Assembly (NCBI RefSeq): GCF_001194135.2
Contig: NC_068985.1
Span: 30,021,934-30,057,646 of the forward strand
DNA from: Octopus bimaculoides
Taxonomy: Eukaryota
Length of the DNA: 35,713 nt
Reading direction: 5' to 3'
This document shows positions 23,256-34,619 of the stretch, piece after piece. How positions within the stretch are numbered: position 1 is the first letter of the stretch; every line of letters starts with the position of its first letter. The notes beneath the pieces were generated by a model. That model saw only the letters and a list, made by a program, of their open reading frames with translations, had not been told where the DNA came from and made no database searches. A program made the translations under genes and the position numbers.

Positions 23256-23950
23256 TAGAAAATCCCTCTGTTATAGAACACATTCATAAACTTAGAAAAT
23301 CCCTCTGTTATGGAATATGCCGACTCAAGGAATACTGGTGAAATATTCCGATCATAAATTCTGTCAAATGTAAACATAACAGGCCGGATATTGTTGTTTG
23401 AGACAGAGGGGCAAAGGTATGTACCGTCATAGATGTCAATGCCTTACAGATATAAATATCTCTTTGAAAATCAAAGAAAGGACAACCTCTTCGAAACCTC
23501 CAGCTTCCATATCCAGACTATGAATTCATATTCATACCAATAATAATTGCAGCACTAGGTTTTGTTAGTAAATGATTAAAGGAGAATCTGGATAAACTGG
23601 GATTTTCAGAAAGAGAAATCGACCGGCTAATTCGTACATTACAAGTGCAATCTGTCAATGGAACAGTAAAAATATGCAAGACTTTTCTCAAGTTCCAAAT
23701 GATGTTCTTGATTATATGTTACTAAATTTTCAAGTGATAATCTGGAAAAACTAGGATTTTTTGGCAAAGGATGTAACCCAGCTTTACAGAGACAATTTTG
23801 TAGGAGGGACAGTAAAAATACGCAATATTTTCCTAAAGTTTAGTATGTAATGCTTATCGTTGTTGCTATGCAGATTTCAGCAATAAATTATTGTTTGTTG
23901 ACTATAAAGCAGCTTCTTCCATCTAGAAAGTTCTAATAAATAAATATAAA
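23256..23950 (+). mobile_element. Two head-to-tail 3' fragments of an RLE-type (R4/Dong-like) non-LTR retrotransposon
   Basis: EYW*NIPI..KCKHNRPDIVV*DR..CTVIDV..LRNLQ.PYPDYEFIFIPIIIAALGF..LDKLGF..GTVKICKTFLKF; a second diverged NLEKLGF..GTVKIRNIFLKF starts at ~23738; A-rich end at ~23950. Confidence 0.82.
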
Positions 23951-24202
23951 AATGTAAGATCATACATATATACATAAATACATACATACATACATGCATA
24001 CATACCATATACACACGTATACATACATACATACATTCATGCGTACGTACATACTTACACATACAAACACACTCATGAATAACCTTGGAATATGAATATT
24101 AAATTTTAAAGGAGTATTAATTAAGTTATACTAATCACTCGTATATTTTCCGACATTTATCATTTATCTACACCAGCATGAGAAATGCAAATCTACCTCT
24201 GT

Positions 24203-24270
<68 letters not shown>

Positions 24271-24379
24271 CGCCGGCACAGGGCTTGCAGCAGGCAAAAA
24301 TCGTCTCAAATCGGTGGTGAGATTGCTAGACGCGCATTTCATCTTTAATGAGTTTTGTTAGTGGCATGTAGTCACCGTC

Positions 24380-24780
24380 TAAGATCCGCATTTTCAATTC
24401 AGACGTGAGGTCGTGAAGTCAGAAAAGGACCCAGGCCTTTATCAACCACTACCCCAAGAATATTCTTTGGCTGCAGAAAATCAGCAATATAGTCTTGTGG
24501 AAACAAAACCGAACAGAACCCTGTTGAGACAGAATAAACGAAGAAAAAGAATCGTTGGATTGGAGACAACCTGAGAAGGTCCCGTGCAGGAGCGTCAGGC
24601 TATCTCTTCGATAGAATCATTAGAGAAAAGAAAGAGACAGGAAAGCTAAGCAAGTTTTGGTGGAGGAACTTAGAGAATGAAGTGAAATCTGGATGGAGCT
24701 GGGACAAATGGAGAGGAAGGCCCAGATCCGGAATTCGTCGTTGATCTATGCCCCAAAAGAGACCAAGGACCTGATTTTGT
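24380..24780 (+). mobile_element. 3' end of an RTE-clade LINE
   Basis: KIRIFNSDVRS, AFINHYPKNILW..ISNIVLW, RWIGDNLRR, WWRNLENEVKSGWSW, matching RTE C-terminal motifs. Confidence 0.8.
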
Positions 24781-25442
24781 AATACACGCACACGCACACA
24801 CGTGCGTACATACATACATACATACATACATACATACATACATACATACATGCACATATGTACATGGTGGAAGTCGTTTAATGTGATAACTTTGGCCAAA
24901 ACCTTTTCGATAACAATGATCGGATGATAACATTACACAAATAAAAGTATGTGGCACACTAGCTTTTATAGCAATAACCAGTTGATAACGTTATTTGGAA
25001 TTATAATGAACAGCTTCATTATAATGAAGGATTATAATGAACAGCTTCCACTGTGCGTGAATTCCCCCCCAAAAAAGGAAAGAAAGAAAAGACAAAAGGA
25101 AGTGGAGTTAGGCTCCTGTAAGAATTTCGGTATATTTCAATTAAATGTAATTTATGAGTTTTGGCAGAGTTACGTGTATGTATGTATGTATGTATGTATG
25201 TATGTATGTATGTATGTATGTAGGACTTAATTGATTTGTGGCTTGAGAAAAGAAGAATATTTGAGAGTGAGGAAAGATGGTATGTTAAATGTTGCATACA
25301 TTTTATGCTAACACTTTTATTAATAGATTTTTATGATGTTGCATTGAAATAAAAAGAAAAGTAAGAGAATATAGAAAACAGAATAAATAAAAGGAGGAAC
25401 GTCTGGATCTTATCAGACGAAGGAAGACTATGGTATTTCACA

Positions 25443-25513
<71 letters not shown>

Positions 25514-25806
25514 TGTACGTATGTATGCATGTGTGTGTTTGTATACATTCACATACAGTTTGCAAGTAGATAAACAAATGAAAGAGCGTAGCACTCAACA
25601 CCTGTAGTTGGTGATGTAAATATTTAATGATAATACGTTTCATTTCCATATCAGTAAAATTTTATTGGCGGAGATATAGTTATATAATCTCTAGTTTTAG
25701 GTGTGCGAAATCAGTCTAAGAAGGATTTAAGTATGGCTTTTCTAAGTAATATTGTATGAGGAGCGTTCAGGTCATATGAACAGATTGATAAAATAGAGAC
25801 ACCAAA

Positions 25807-25837
<31 letters not shown>

Positions 25838-26640
25838 CAGTACCGCCGAAAAGTCTTCGGCCACTTTGAACTATTGCAAATTTCTACTAATTGCCAACTT
25901 ATAAGTAGATGTTTTGCATTGCATTTTTTACAGATGAAACATTGGCCCTGTTGGAGTCATTTCCATACCTAACCATTATATTTTGTAGTAGTGGTTCTGA
26001 ATGAGAAGGGAAGATGCAAGACGACCACCCAAAATGGCCGAACAAAAGTTTTCGGCCACCTCACATAAACGAATCAAGATACAATGTTTTAAAGCAGCAA
26101 AATGTCTATAATGAAAATTTATCACATAATGTTCATTTCAAGAAGTTACTGTACATTGTTAATATTTCGTGTAGCTTGAATAATTGCTTCAATGCACCTG
26201 GGAAAAGATGTGTATAAATCCTTTACCATCATCACAGGTATGAGATGCCATTCTCTGTGGCTGAGCTCTCACAACTCTTCAAGATTGCGTGGATTCTTCT
26301 GACGAACTCTTCTCCTTAGTTCTGTCCACATTTGCTCGATAATATTTAAGTCAGGGCTCTGAGCTGGCCAGTCTTTCAATACGGTAGCACCATCAGTCAG
26401 ACTCTGTTGTGTTGCCCGCGTTCTGTGACATGCTGAAAAATCTTGTCTTCATCCAAGTCTGGTATCAAATTGCCCTTCAGCAACTGGATGTATTTGGCAC
26501 TATTCAAGTTACTGTCAATTACGACCAATTTTCTTGAGCAATCACCTATGTATCTTCAAAGCATCAGACTGTTACCCCGAAACTTCACTGTTTTCGTCGT
26601 TTAACGTGGGTCGTTTCGCTTTCGTGGAGGCCTTCTGACA
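25838..26640 (-). mobile_element. Tc1-like transposon 3' half with IR/DR-type terminal repeat
   Basis: KTVKF..NSAKYIQLL..IFQH..WPAQSPDLNIIEQMW..LY.SFPR..AII, stop at 26146-26148. The terminus starts CAGT after (TA)n, with direct repeats at 25843-25864 and 26036-26059. Confidence 0.88.
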
Positions 26641-27342
26641 AATTCTCGCTTATTACAAAGCGAATATGTGTGTGTGGGGTGTGTGTGTGTGTGTGTGAGC
26701 ATGCATGTGTGTGTATAGTATATTTTGCATTATTTCTTCTGGAGTTCGGCAATNNNNNNNNNNNNNNNNNNNNNNNNNNNNNNNNNNNNNNNNNNNNNNN
26801 NNNNNNNNNNNNNNNNNNNNNNNNNNNNNNNNNNNNNNNNNNNNNNNNNNNNNNNNNNNNNNNNNNNNNNNNNNNNNNNNNNNNNNNNNNNNNNNNNNNN
26901 NNNNNNNNNNNNNNNNNNNNNNNNNNNNNNNNNNNNNNNNNNNNNNNNNNNNNNNNNNNNNNNNNNNNNNNNNNNNNNNNNNNNNNNNNNNNNNNNNNNN
27001 NNNNNNNNNNNNNNNNNNNNNNNNNNNNNNNNNNNNNNNNNNNNNNNNNNNNNNNNNNNNNNNNNNNNNNNNNNNNNNNNNNNNNNNNNNNNNNNNNNNN
27101 NNNNNNNNNNNNNNNNNNNNNNNNNNNNNNNNNNNNNNNNNNNNNNNNNNNNNNNNNNNNNNNNNNNNNNNNNNNNNNNNNNNNNNNNNNNNNNNNNNNN
27201 NNNNNNNNNNNNNNNNNNNNNNNNNNNNNNNNNNNNNNNNNNNNNNNNNNNNNNNNNNNNNNNNNNNNNNNNNNNNNNNNNNNNNNNNNNNNNNNNNNNN
27301 NNNNNNNNNNNNNNNNNNNNNNNNNNNNNNNNNNNNNNNNNN

Positions 27343-27389
<47 letters not shown>

Positions 27390-27526
27390 GAACTTTACGC
27401 TAGCTAAAATATGTTTGTGATATATTTTAAATTCTAAAAGCAAATTCACTGCAGTTACCACAGAGAAAAAAATCTGTTGTGGTAAAATATGTAAAAATAA
27501 TATCTGCCCAGTACCTCCTCCAGCAG

Positions 27527-27573
27527 TTTCCCTGACGCGTGTTTCTGACTCCTTAGCCTTCCTCAGTGGGAAA
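27527..27573 (-). ncRNA. Type I hammerhead-like motif inside a ~295-nt unit
   Basis: UUUCCC-A-CUGAGGA-A-GGCU(AAGG)AGUC-A-GAAA-C(ACGC)GUC|A-GGGAAA: exact core, 6-bp stem I, 4-bp stem II, GUC triplet; A-A mismatches at the core-proximal pair of stems I and II. Confidence 0.62.
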
Positions 27574-27989
27574 TACCGAAGAGAGAGACAAACATGGGCC
27601 GATTCAAAGCTGTAGCTTCAACTAAAAAACAATCAACATCAGTGACTGAATTTCGTTAATGGACCGCTTGCTTAGGATAAAAATAGCAACATCAGCGCCG
27701 AGCAGTGATTAGTCACATATTTTAACTTCTGAAGGCAAATTCATTGAAGTTACCGAGAAGAAAAAAATTCTCTTTTTTGGCAAAATCCAGTATATATATT
27801 TAACCGAAAGTAAAACAAGCAAAAACCTAATTATACTGGTTGTATTTATTGGTTTATTGACAAGCTCATCGATTCAGAGTCGAGAGTGTGTCATGACAAG
27901 CTGTATATCCCTTTCCAATCGTAAACGACTTTTGTATTTCGTCTTCAAATTTGCTGAAGCAGTAAAGCCTTTTTCACATAAATATGTTG

Positions 27990-28600
27990 AGCTAAATGAA
28001 AGCAGAGTTTGTATTGCCTTCTTTAAACAATTTGGGTACTATTGTGCAGATACAAATTCACTTCAAAAGCTTTGAAGGCTCAAATAACATTTCCTTTATG
28101 ATTGTCAGAGTGTCAAAGAGGTTTGATATTGTAAATGCAATTAATAGACTGATTCACGTTTTGAGGCAATATCGAATCATGACAGAAGGTGAACTCAACC
28201 TTGCACATGCAACATTATTGGACAAATACCCAATCGATCTCTCAGAAAAGATGCTAGAGGAAATAAGGCGCCTTAAGAAATTACATGCATAAAATTTTGG
28301 TAAAAATATGGGGCCACATAAACTATTAAATATAATAACGTTCAAGCTAAATGACATTTTCCCAAATGTATGTATTGCATTGCAAATATCCTGCACATTG
28401 CTAGCTTACAGTAGCATCTGTTACGGAAGCCTTCTGCAAAGTAAGGATCATCAAGACCTTCTAAAGGGGCATGATGACATAGGAAAAACTGAACAACCCA
28501 GCCGTCCTAAGTACTGAGAGCGAACGTGCAGAGAGAATTGACTTTTGTGAATTACATTTGCTATAAAAAGATCACGTAAAGCTTGCTTCACTTAATTATA
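27990..28600 (+). mobile_element. hAT transposase C-terminal (dimerisation domain) relic
   Basis: IFPNVCIALQISCTL..TVASVTEAFCKVRIIKTF*RGMMT*EKLNNPAVLSTESE..FAIKRSRKA, with frameshifts and stops. Confidence 0.82.
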
Positions 28601-28656
28601 AGAATTCATTTGGAGAATTTTAAAGGAATTCTTGATAAAGTGTATATATTTCCAAT

Positions 28657-31060
28657 ATCGTCGTCGTCATCGGCGGCGGTGGCTTTTATCTCGTATTCGA
28701 GTATTTATTCTTCTTTGCTGAACGCTTCCTTTATGGTGATGCCGCTAATGACTTTGTAGACCAATTTTTATGTAGAAGAGTCGATAGCATTGACTGCATG
28801 GCAATGTTGGTGGAGGATGAAGTTAATTTCATCTAGCCTTTCTCTCCTGTCGTTTGATTTTTTCCTTTTTTTCTTCTGATGGCTTTGAAGTTTTTGGTTC
28901 CGATAGTGATAGAACACCGACATTTGGTACGGGCTCAAGCTTGTGTTTCAAACAATTTAGGCTCAATTCCAGTGGCCTTCAGTCTTGTTTTGAGTTGGTC
29001 CTTGTGTCTTCGAAGAGGGCAACCCCATGGTCTTTTTCCTGAAGTGAGCTCACTGAATAAGACCTGGCGTGGGAACCTTGACTGTTGCATTCTTGTTACA
29101 TGTCCTGACCACCGAAGACGGTGTTTCATGATCAGTGATTCGATACTTTGTTGGCTCTTTCCGGGGCTTTGTTGTTGGTTACACAATGTTCCCATTTGAT
29201 GCTCAAGATTGAACGAAGCTTTTGTTGGTGAAATTGTTCTAATTTTTGGATGTCGTGACGATATAGAGTTCAGGTTTCGCAGCCATATAGCAAAGTTGAG
29301 AAAACAACAGCATTATAAACCAAAGTTTTACTTGTTAAGTTAAGATCTTTGTGGTTGAAGATGCATTTGGTTAACTTTCCAAATGACCCATGTGCAGTTC
29401 CAATTCTGTGATCCACATTCTTTTCTGGGGTGCACTTGTTTGGTAAAAGGCTGCCTAGATATGAAATACGCTCTTACTTTTCGAAAGTATATCAGAGATG
29501 GTAATATCAAAATCTGGTAAGATGGTGTTTGGGGCTAGATGTGCAAGGACCTTGGTTTTCTTGATGTTTATTGTGAGGCCAAAGCGATGGTAGGCCATAG
29601 CAAAGTTGTTTACATACTGTTGGAGTTCTTCTTTTGTATGACATAGGATAGCATTGTCATCAGCATATTGAAGTTCTGAGATGTGTTGCATATGTGTGTT
29701 AGATGTTTAGACTGAAGTCTACTAAGATTGAAAAGTTCTCCATCATATTGATATATGATGTCAACTCCTGGATTGTCTGGAGGAATTTCGTGAAGCATTG
29801 CAGCCAGATATAAGAAGAATAGCGTAGATTCCAAGACACATCCTTGTTTTAGTTTGCACGTGATTCGAAATTTTTCTGACACCATATTTTGGTGGAATAC
29901 ATGTCCAGACATATTGCCATGCATTACTTAAACGAAAGAGATAAAGAGATCAGAACATCCAAAGCAATGAAGAACCTTCCACATAGCAGCTCTTGGGACG
30001 CTATCAATGGCATTTTCTAAGTCATAGAAAACAAGAAAAATTGGGTATTGTTGTTCCCTGATTTTCTCCTGGAATTGCCTTGCACAGAAAAATCATGTCA
30101 ATTGTGTTACGAGAGGCACAGAATCGACATTGAGATTCTGGTAGGATCTTTTGGGCGATGGTCTGGAGCCGATTTAGAAGAATCCTGACAAATACTTTTC
30201 CAGTGATGGAAAGTAATGATATATACCTCTATAGTTCCTACTGGCTTTTCGATCACCTTCTTGAAAATCGTTGATGACTGCATCTTTCAGTTCTTTAGGA
30301 ACGTGTTGGGATTCCCATATCTTCAGAAAAATGTGGGAATTCCCACATCTTCATAAGATGCGGGTTTGCAAGGGTAAGCCTTCGTGTTTGATCAGCTCAA
30401 AAGGGATGTTATCTGAGCCTGGAGACATCCTTGATGTCATTTGCTTCATCGCTTGCTTGAATTCATGAAAAGTAGGCTTCCTGTTCATCCACAGCTGAGG
30501 ATGATGATCGGAACATTTTCCAGGAAGTTCTCAGCTGTGTTCGAGTTACTATTTAGGAAGGTGGAAAAATGTTTCTTCCAGCATTGGAGTATATCTTGTG
30601 GATCGGTCAAGATGCTTGTATTGTCAGCTTTTAGAAGGGATCCAGATGATCTTTGCACTGGTTCAAATAACTGTTTCGTCCAAGCATAAACATTTCTGAG
30701 GTCACGTGCATCTGCATAGCTCTGAAGTTCGACTGTTTTTTGTTGCCACCAACTGTTCTGCAGTTCTCTTAGTTTTGTTTGAGACTCCTGTTTTAGCTTC
30801 TGGAGATGCTTCTTTTTGAGTCCAAATCTTCGGTCTTGTTCATGAGCCAGTCGAGCATTCCTTTTGTGCATTGATCAGGTTGTTGATTTCAATATTGTTT
30901 TCATCAAACCAGTCCTGATTTTTGGATTTGGTGAAACTGATGATAGCGTATGCTGTTTCTGTGACTATGTCGCGAATGGTTCTCCATTTTTCATCAATAG
31001 ACTGGTTGTTTACTGGGTTAGAACTAAGTTCCTGTGTAATTTAGACAATAGTCTATTCAC
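28657..31060 (-). mobile_element. RTE (BovB-like) LINE, ~2.4 kb, 5'-truncated and frameshifted
   Basis: DWFDEN, WWQQK, YRGISLLSITGK, KQGCVL..LF, LQYADD, GLTINIKKTKVL, RLRWSGHV.RM..P.QVLFSEL..GKRP.G.P, C-terminal CSQC..H..H finger, short (GAC)n tail. Confidence 0.93.
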
Positions 31061-31129
31061 CGCACCCTGTATATATATGCCTGCGCGTTTGTGTTTGTGT
31101 ACGCGCGCACGCGCGTGTGTATGCACGAC

Positions 31130-31240
31130 AGATTTACACACATTTACCGTCTACCAAATCTCACAAGGCTTTGGTCAGCCCGGGGCTATACTAGAAAACA
31201 CCTGACCCGAGTGCCACGAAGCAAGCTTTTTCAACGCACA
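31130..31240 (-). mobile_element. tRNA-derived SINE head fragment
   Basis: cacaaggctttggtcagcccggggctata..gtgccacg, same family as 11755-11960. Confidence 0.8.
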
Positions 31241-31626
31241 GGTATGCTTGTATACATTTCTCTTGTCTATCTGAAAATGATGTTGTTGATTGCTGGAGGC
31301 CGTTGTCCCAAAACTATTTCACAAATGAGACCGGCTCTTGGTACCCTAGGGAAGCGAATCGTTAGATTATTGTGCAATTGCTATTGATGTCGTCAATATA
31401 GTTTAATTTACACCTTGGAAAATGTACCTATGAAAATTTCATTAAAAAATATGCATTACTAAAAAGTTAGTAGTAGTCTCATCCAACGTGGAGATAAATT
31501 CCAACTTTCTTAAATGGAATGCTTGAGAATTGCGGAATTTCCTGCATTAAACCGTTGGTACCAATGTTAATCCACAAATAAAGAATATGCATGTATGCAT
31601 GTATGTATACATATATACACACACGC

Positions 31627-31657
<31 letters not shown>

Positions 31658-31660
31658 CAG

Positions 31661-31697
<37 letters not shown>

Positions 31698-31864
31698 NNN
31701 NNNNNNNNNNNNNNNNNNNNNNNNNNNNNNNNNNNNNNNNNNNNNNNNNNNNNNNNNNNNNNNNNNNNNNNNNNNNNNNNNNNNNNNNNNNNNNNNNNNN
31801 NNNNNNNNNNNNNNNNNNNNNNNNNNNNNNNNNNNNNNNNNNNNNNNNNNNNNNNNNNNNNNNN

Positions 31865-31897
<33 letters not shown>

Positions 31898-32204
31898 CAC
31901 ACATATATTGAAAGTGCTAAATATTTAAATGCTTCATATTTGTGTTGAGGTTGTTGCATCTAAAAATGTGCTTATCATCATCATCATCATCATGACACTT
32001 GAACTCAATACCTATGAGCATATCCACACAACCATTTCCACCTCTACCTTATTTATGTATCTATATTGTACCTTATATGTTTCTATAATATCCGGTGAAC
32101 ACACAACTTTTAAAATCGTTTTTACTACTTTGCGCCCATTTTTTTTCGCCTTTCTTTTAACTACTAACATAAACAAAATGAAATTTTATAAACTTAAATA
32201 TTTT

Positions 32205-32490
32205 AGGTGCAGGAGTAACTAAGTGGTAAGAAGCTTTCTTCCCATCCACATGGTTCCTGGTTCAGTCCCACTGCGTGGCACCTTGGGCAATGTCTTCTAC
32301 TATCGCCTTGTGAGTGGATTTTGAAGATGGAAACTGAAAGAAACCTGTCGTATATATATATGTATGTATATCTACGTTTGTAGATATATAAACATAACTT
32401 AGAGACCGATAGAATAAAGTACCAGGCTTAAACAATAAGTACTGGGATCGATTCATTCGACTAAAAATTCAAGGTCGCAGTCTAGTGGCT
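32205..32490 (+). mobile_element. Near-complete tRNA-derived SINE (head, internal TA/TATG tract, tail)
   Basis: Head with ggttcagtccc B-box-like motif, gcaccttgggcaa body, internal microsatellite, tail region shared with 3140-3335. Confidence 0.85.
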
Positions 32491-33152
32491 GAGGCGGGTA
32501 AAAGAGTTGTATAACACTGAGTGGTTATCTGTTATTATGCAAGCATGGACCCTAGGGAGCTTAATTAGTTACTTTTATAGTGAAATTTTATAGTGAGATT
32601 GGAATTGGTGACGATGTGATCAGAATTCTAGAAAGTTAGCATGTGAAGCAGGCTGCGTACTATAGAATGGGAAGTGGATGATGTAAGCTCTAAATTCTGG
32701 GAACTAGCCTTTTCTGATCGATATCAACTTACTTTACTTACATCATTTTAAGAGTGTATATATGACAAAGTTAAATCGGAACCATGTTGTACTTCATGGG
32801 GTGTGAGTACGTTCGTATCCGTATGTATGTGTGTATGTGTATATGCGTGTGTGGGTGTGAGAGTGTGTGTATATGAGTGAGAGTCTGTGTGGCCGAAGAC
32901 CATGGCGATGAAAGAAGAACTATGTGGGCACAAGCACAATATACTCTTGAAATATGCATATGCACTCATTACCTATTTTTTTTCTTTCTTCGATCGCATT
33001 GTTTACAAGGACATATTCGTAACTTTCTGTGCTGCATATGAATTCTATAGAAAGTCTGTAGAGATAAACTTTAAAATGTGAACATCACAGTGCTAACACA
33101 AAAATTAGGTACAATATTGACTTGTAAACCTTCAATGTACTTGGTAGTATAT

Positions 33153-33384
33153 AAGGCGGTGAGCTGGCAGAATTGTAAGCACGCCGTGTGAAATGTTTAA
33201 GCGGCATTTCGTCTGTCTTTCTTTACGTTCTAAGTTCAAATCCCGCCGGGGTCGATTTTGCTTTTAAGCCTTTCGGGGCACTTGATAAAATAGGTGCCAG
33301 TTGAGCACTGGAGTCGATGTAATTGGCTTACCCTCTTCTCCGAAATTGCTGATCTTGTGCCAAACTTTGAAGCCAATATACTTT
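33153..33384 (+). mobile_element. tRNA-derived SINE with 9-bp TSD gtagtatat
   Basis: Same family as 14513-14730; gtagtatat at 33144-33152 and 33385-33393. Confidence 0.88.
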
Positions 33385-33552
33385 GTAGTATATTATGATT
33401 GCAAACGGAATACTATGTCTTTGCCAGCAATTAATATTTACGCACCAGTTGCAAGGAATGTGTTTAATATGTAAATCGATCTATCAAATAGTGTTACACC
33501 GCTAAACTTGGTGGGTATTTAAACAACGAGTTCGTGGATAGTTGATAGATTC

Positions 33553-33606
33553 GATGTGGTACTGATGAAAGAGCAATAACTTTTGAAATGTGCATATACG
33601 CCCATT
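33553..33606 (+). ncRNA. Type I hammerhead ribozyme motif with canonical core
   Basis: GUA-CUGAUGA-AAGAG(CAAUAA)CUUUU-GAA-AUGUGCAU-A|UAC: 5-bp stem II, near-palindromic helix III, AUA triplet, stem I of 3 bp extendable past a bulge (GAUGUG/CCCAUU). Confidence 0.68.
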
Positions 33607-33879
33607 ACCTATTTTCTCTGTCTTTACATAGAGGTATTCGTATACGAAACGTAACTTTCTGTACTGGATCTGAATTCTATAGAAAATCTGTAGAGATAAA
33701 CTTTAAAATTGTAAACTGTCTTGTGTCTTGACTTTGCAAAGTTAATTTGGATTCATTCAGAAGGTAAGGCAAACTTAACTGATAATTTGACATCTTAGCC
33801 AGGTGGGAAGGGGTTAAATCTCATCCGTCTAATACTATAGGCTCCATAAGATAAGCACTAAGATGCTTAAAGGGTGTTC

Positions 33880-34580
33880 AGAAAGAGAGAGAGAGAGGAA
33901 GAGAGAAACGGAGGGATGGTAGGGAGGGGAAGGAAAGAGAAAGATGAAGGTGGGAGGGAGAGAAAGAAGAAGTGAGAGAGGGGGAGAAAAAGCGGGAAAC
34001 AGCCAGGAAGGGGAGAGAAAGTTGCAGAGAGAGGGAGAGAGAGGGAGAGAGAGAAGAGAGGGAAAGAAGGAAAGAAAAGAAAATAGTGAAACAGAAATAG
34101 AAATAAATGTAGATAGTAAAAAAAAAATGAAAGAGAGAAAGAGAGAAAGAGAGAGAGAGAGAACAAACTGAAAGTAAAGAGACTTAAAAAGCGGGGGAAA
34201 TAAGAGAGTAAAATATAAACTGAATGGGGATAAAAAAAAAAACAGAAAGGAGATAGAGAAAGTAGTATGCAAATAGAGACAAAAAGGGAGAGAACGAAAG
34301 AGTGAAAGAATGAGTAAAAGAGAGAAAGATAGAAAGTACACGTAGCGAGAGTGTATGAAAGAGACGGAGGGGTGGTGGTATTAATAGATGACATACATCC
34401 ACAGAGGATCTGTGATTTGTTTGGTCTGTCTGTGTGTCTTTTAGTCAATCAGTCAAGCCAAGCAGTCAGTCAGTCAAGTAGAAGGGAAAGAAGGGAGGAG
34501 GTATAGAGGAATGGAGCGAGGGAAGAAAGGAAGGGGAGGGCAGCCCTCCCCCTGGTCTACTAAATAGCTGAGAGAGAAGT

Positions 34581-34619
<39 letters not shown>

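Noticed and set aside
21131-30943. Other CUGANGA matches (21131-21137 minus, 29657-29663 minus, 30937-30943 plus; also 16341 and 16618)
   Set aside because: They lack a correctly placed stem II-GAAA-NUH, and several are simply transposon codons (for example YADD).
31240-31580. Host exon or pseudogene in this non-repetitive stretch
   Set aside because: Candidate frames contain stops or lack convincing splice-site pairs, and no family is recognisable.
33010-33710. Duplicated mutually exclusive exons encoding VTFC..EFYRKSVEINFK
   Set aside because: Acceptor positions and phases differ, donors are weak, and the similarity is explained by the hammerhead-bearing direct repeat.
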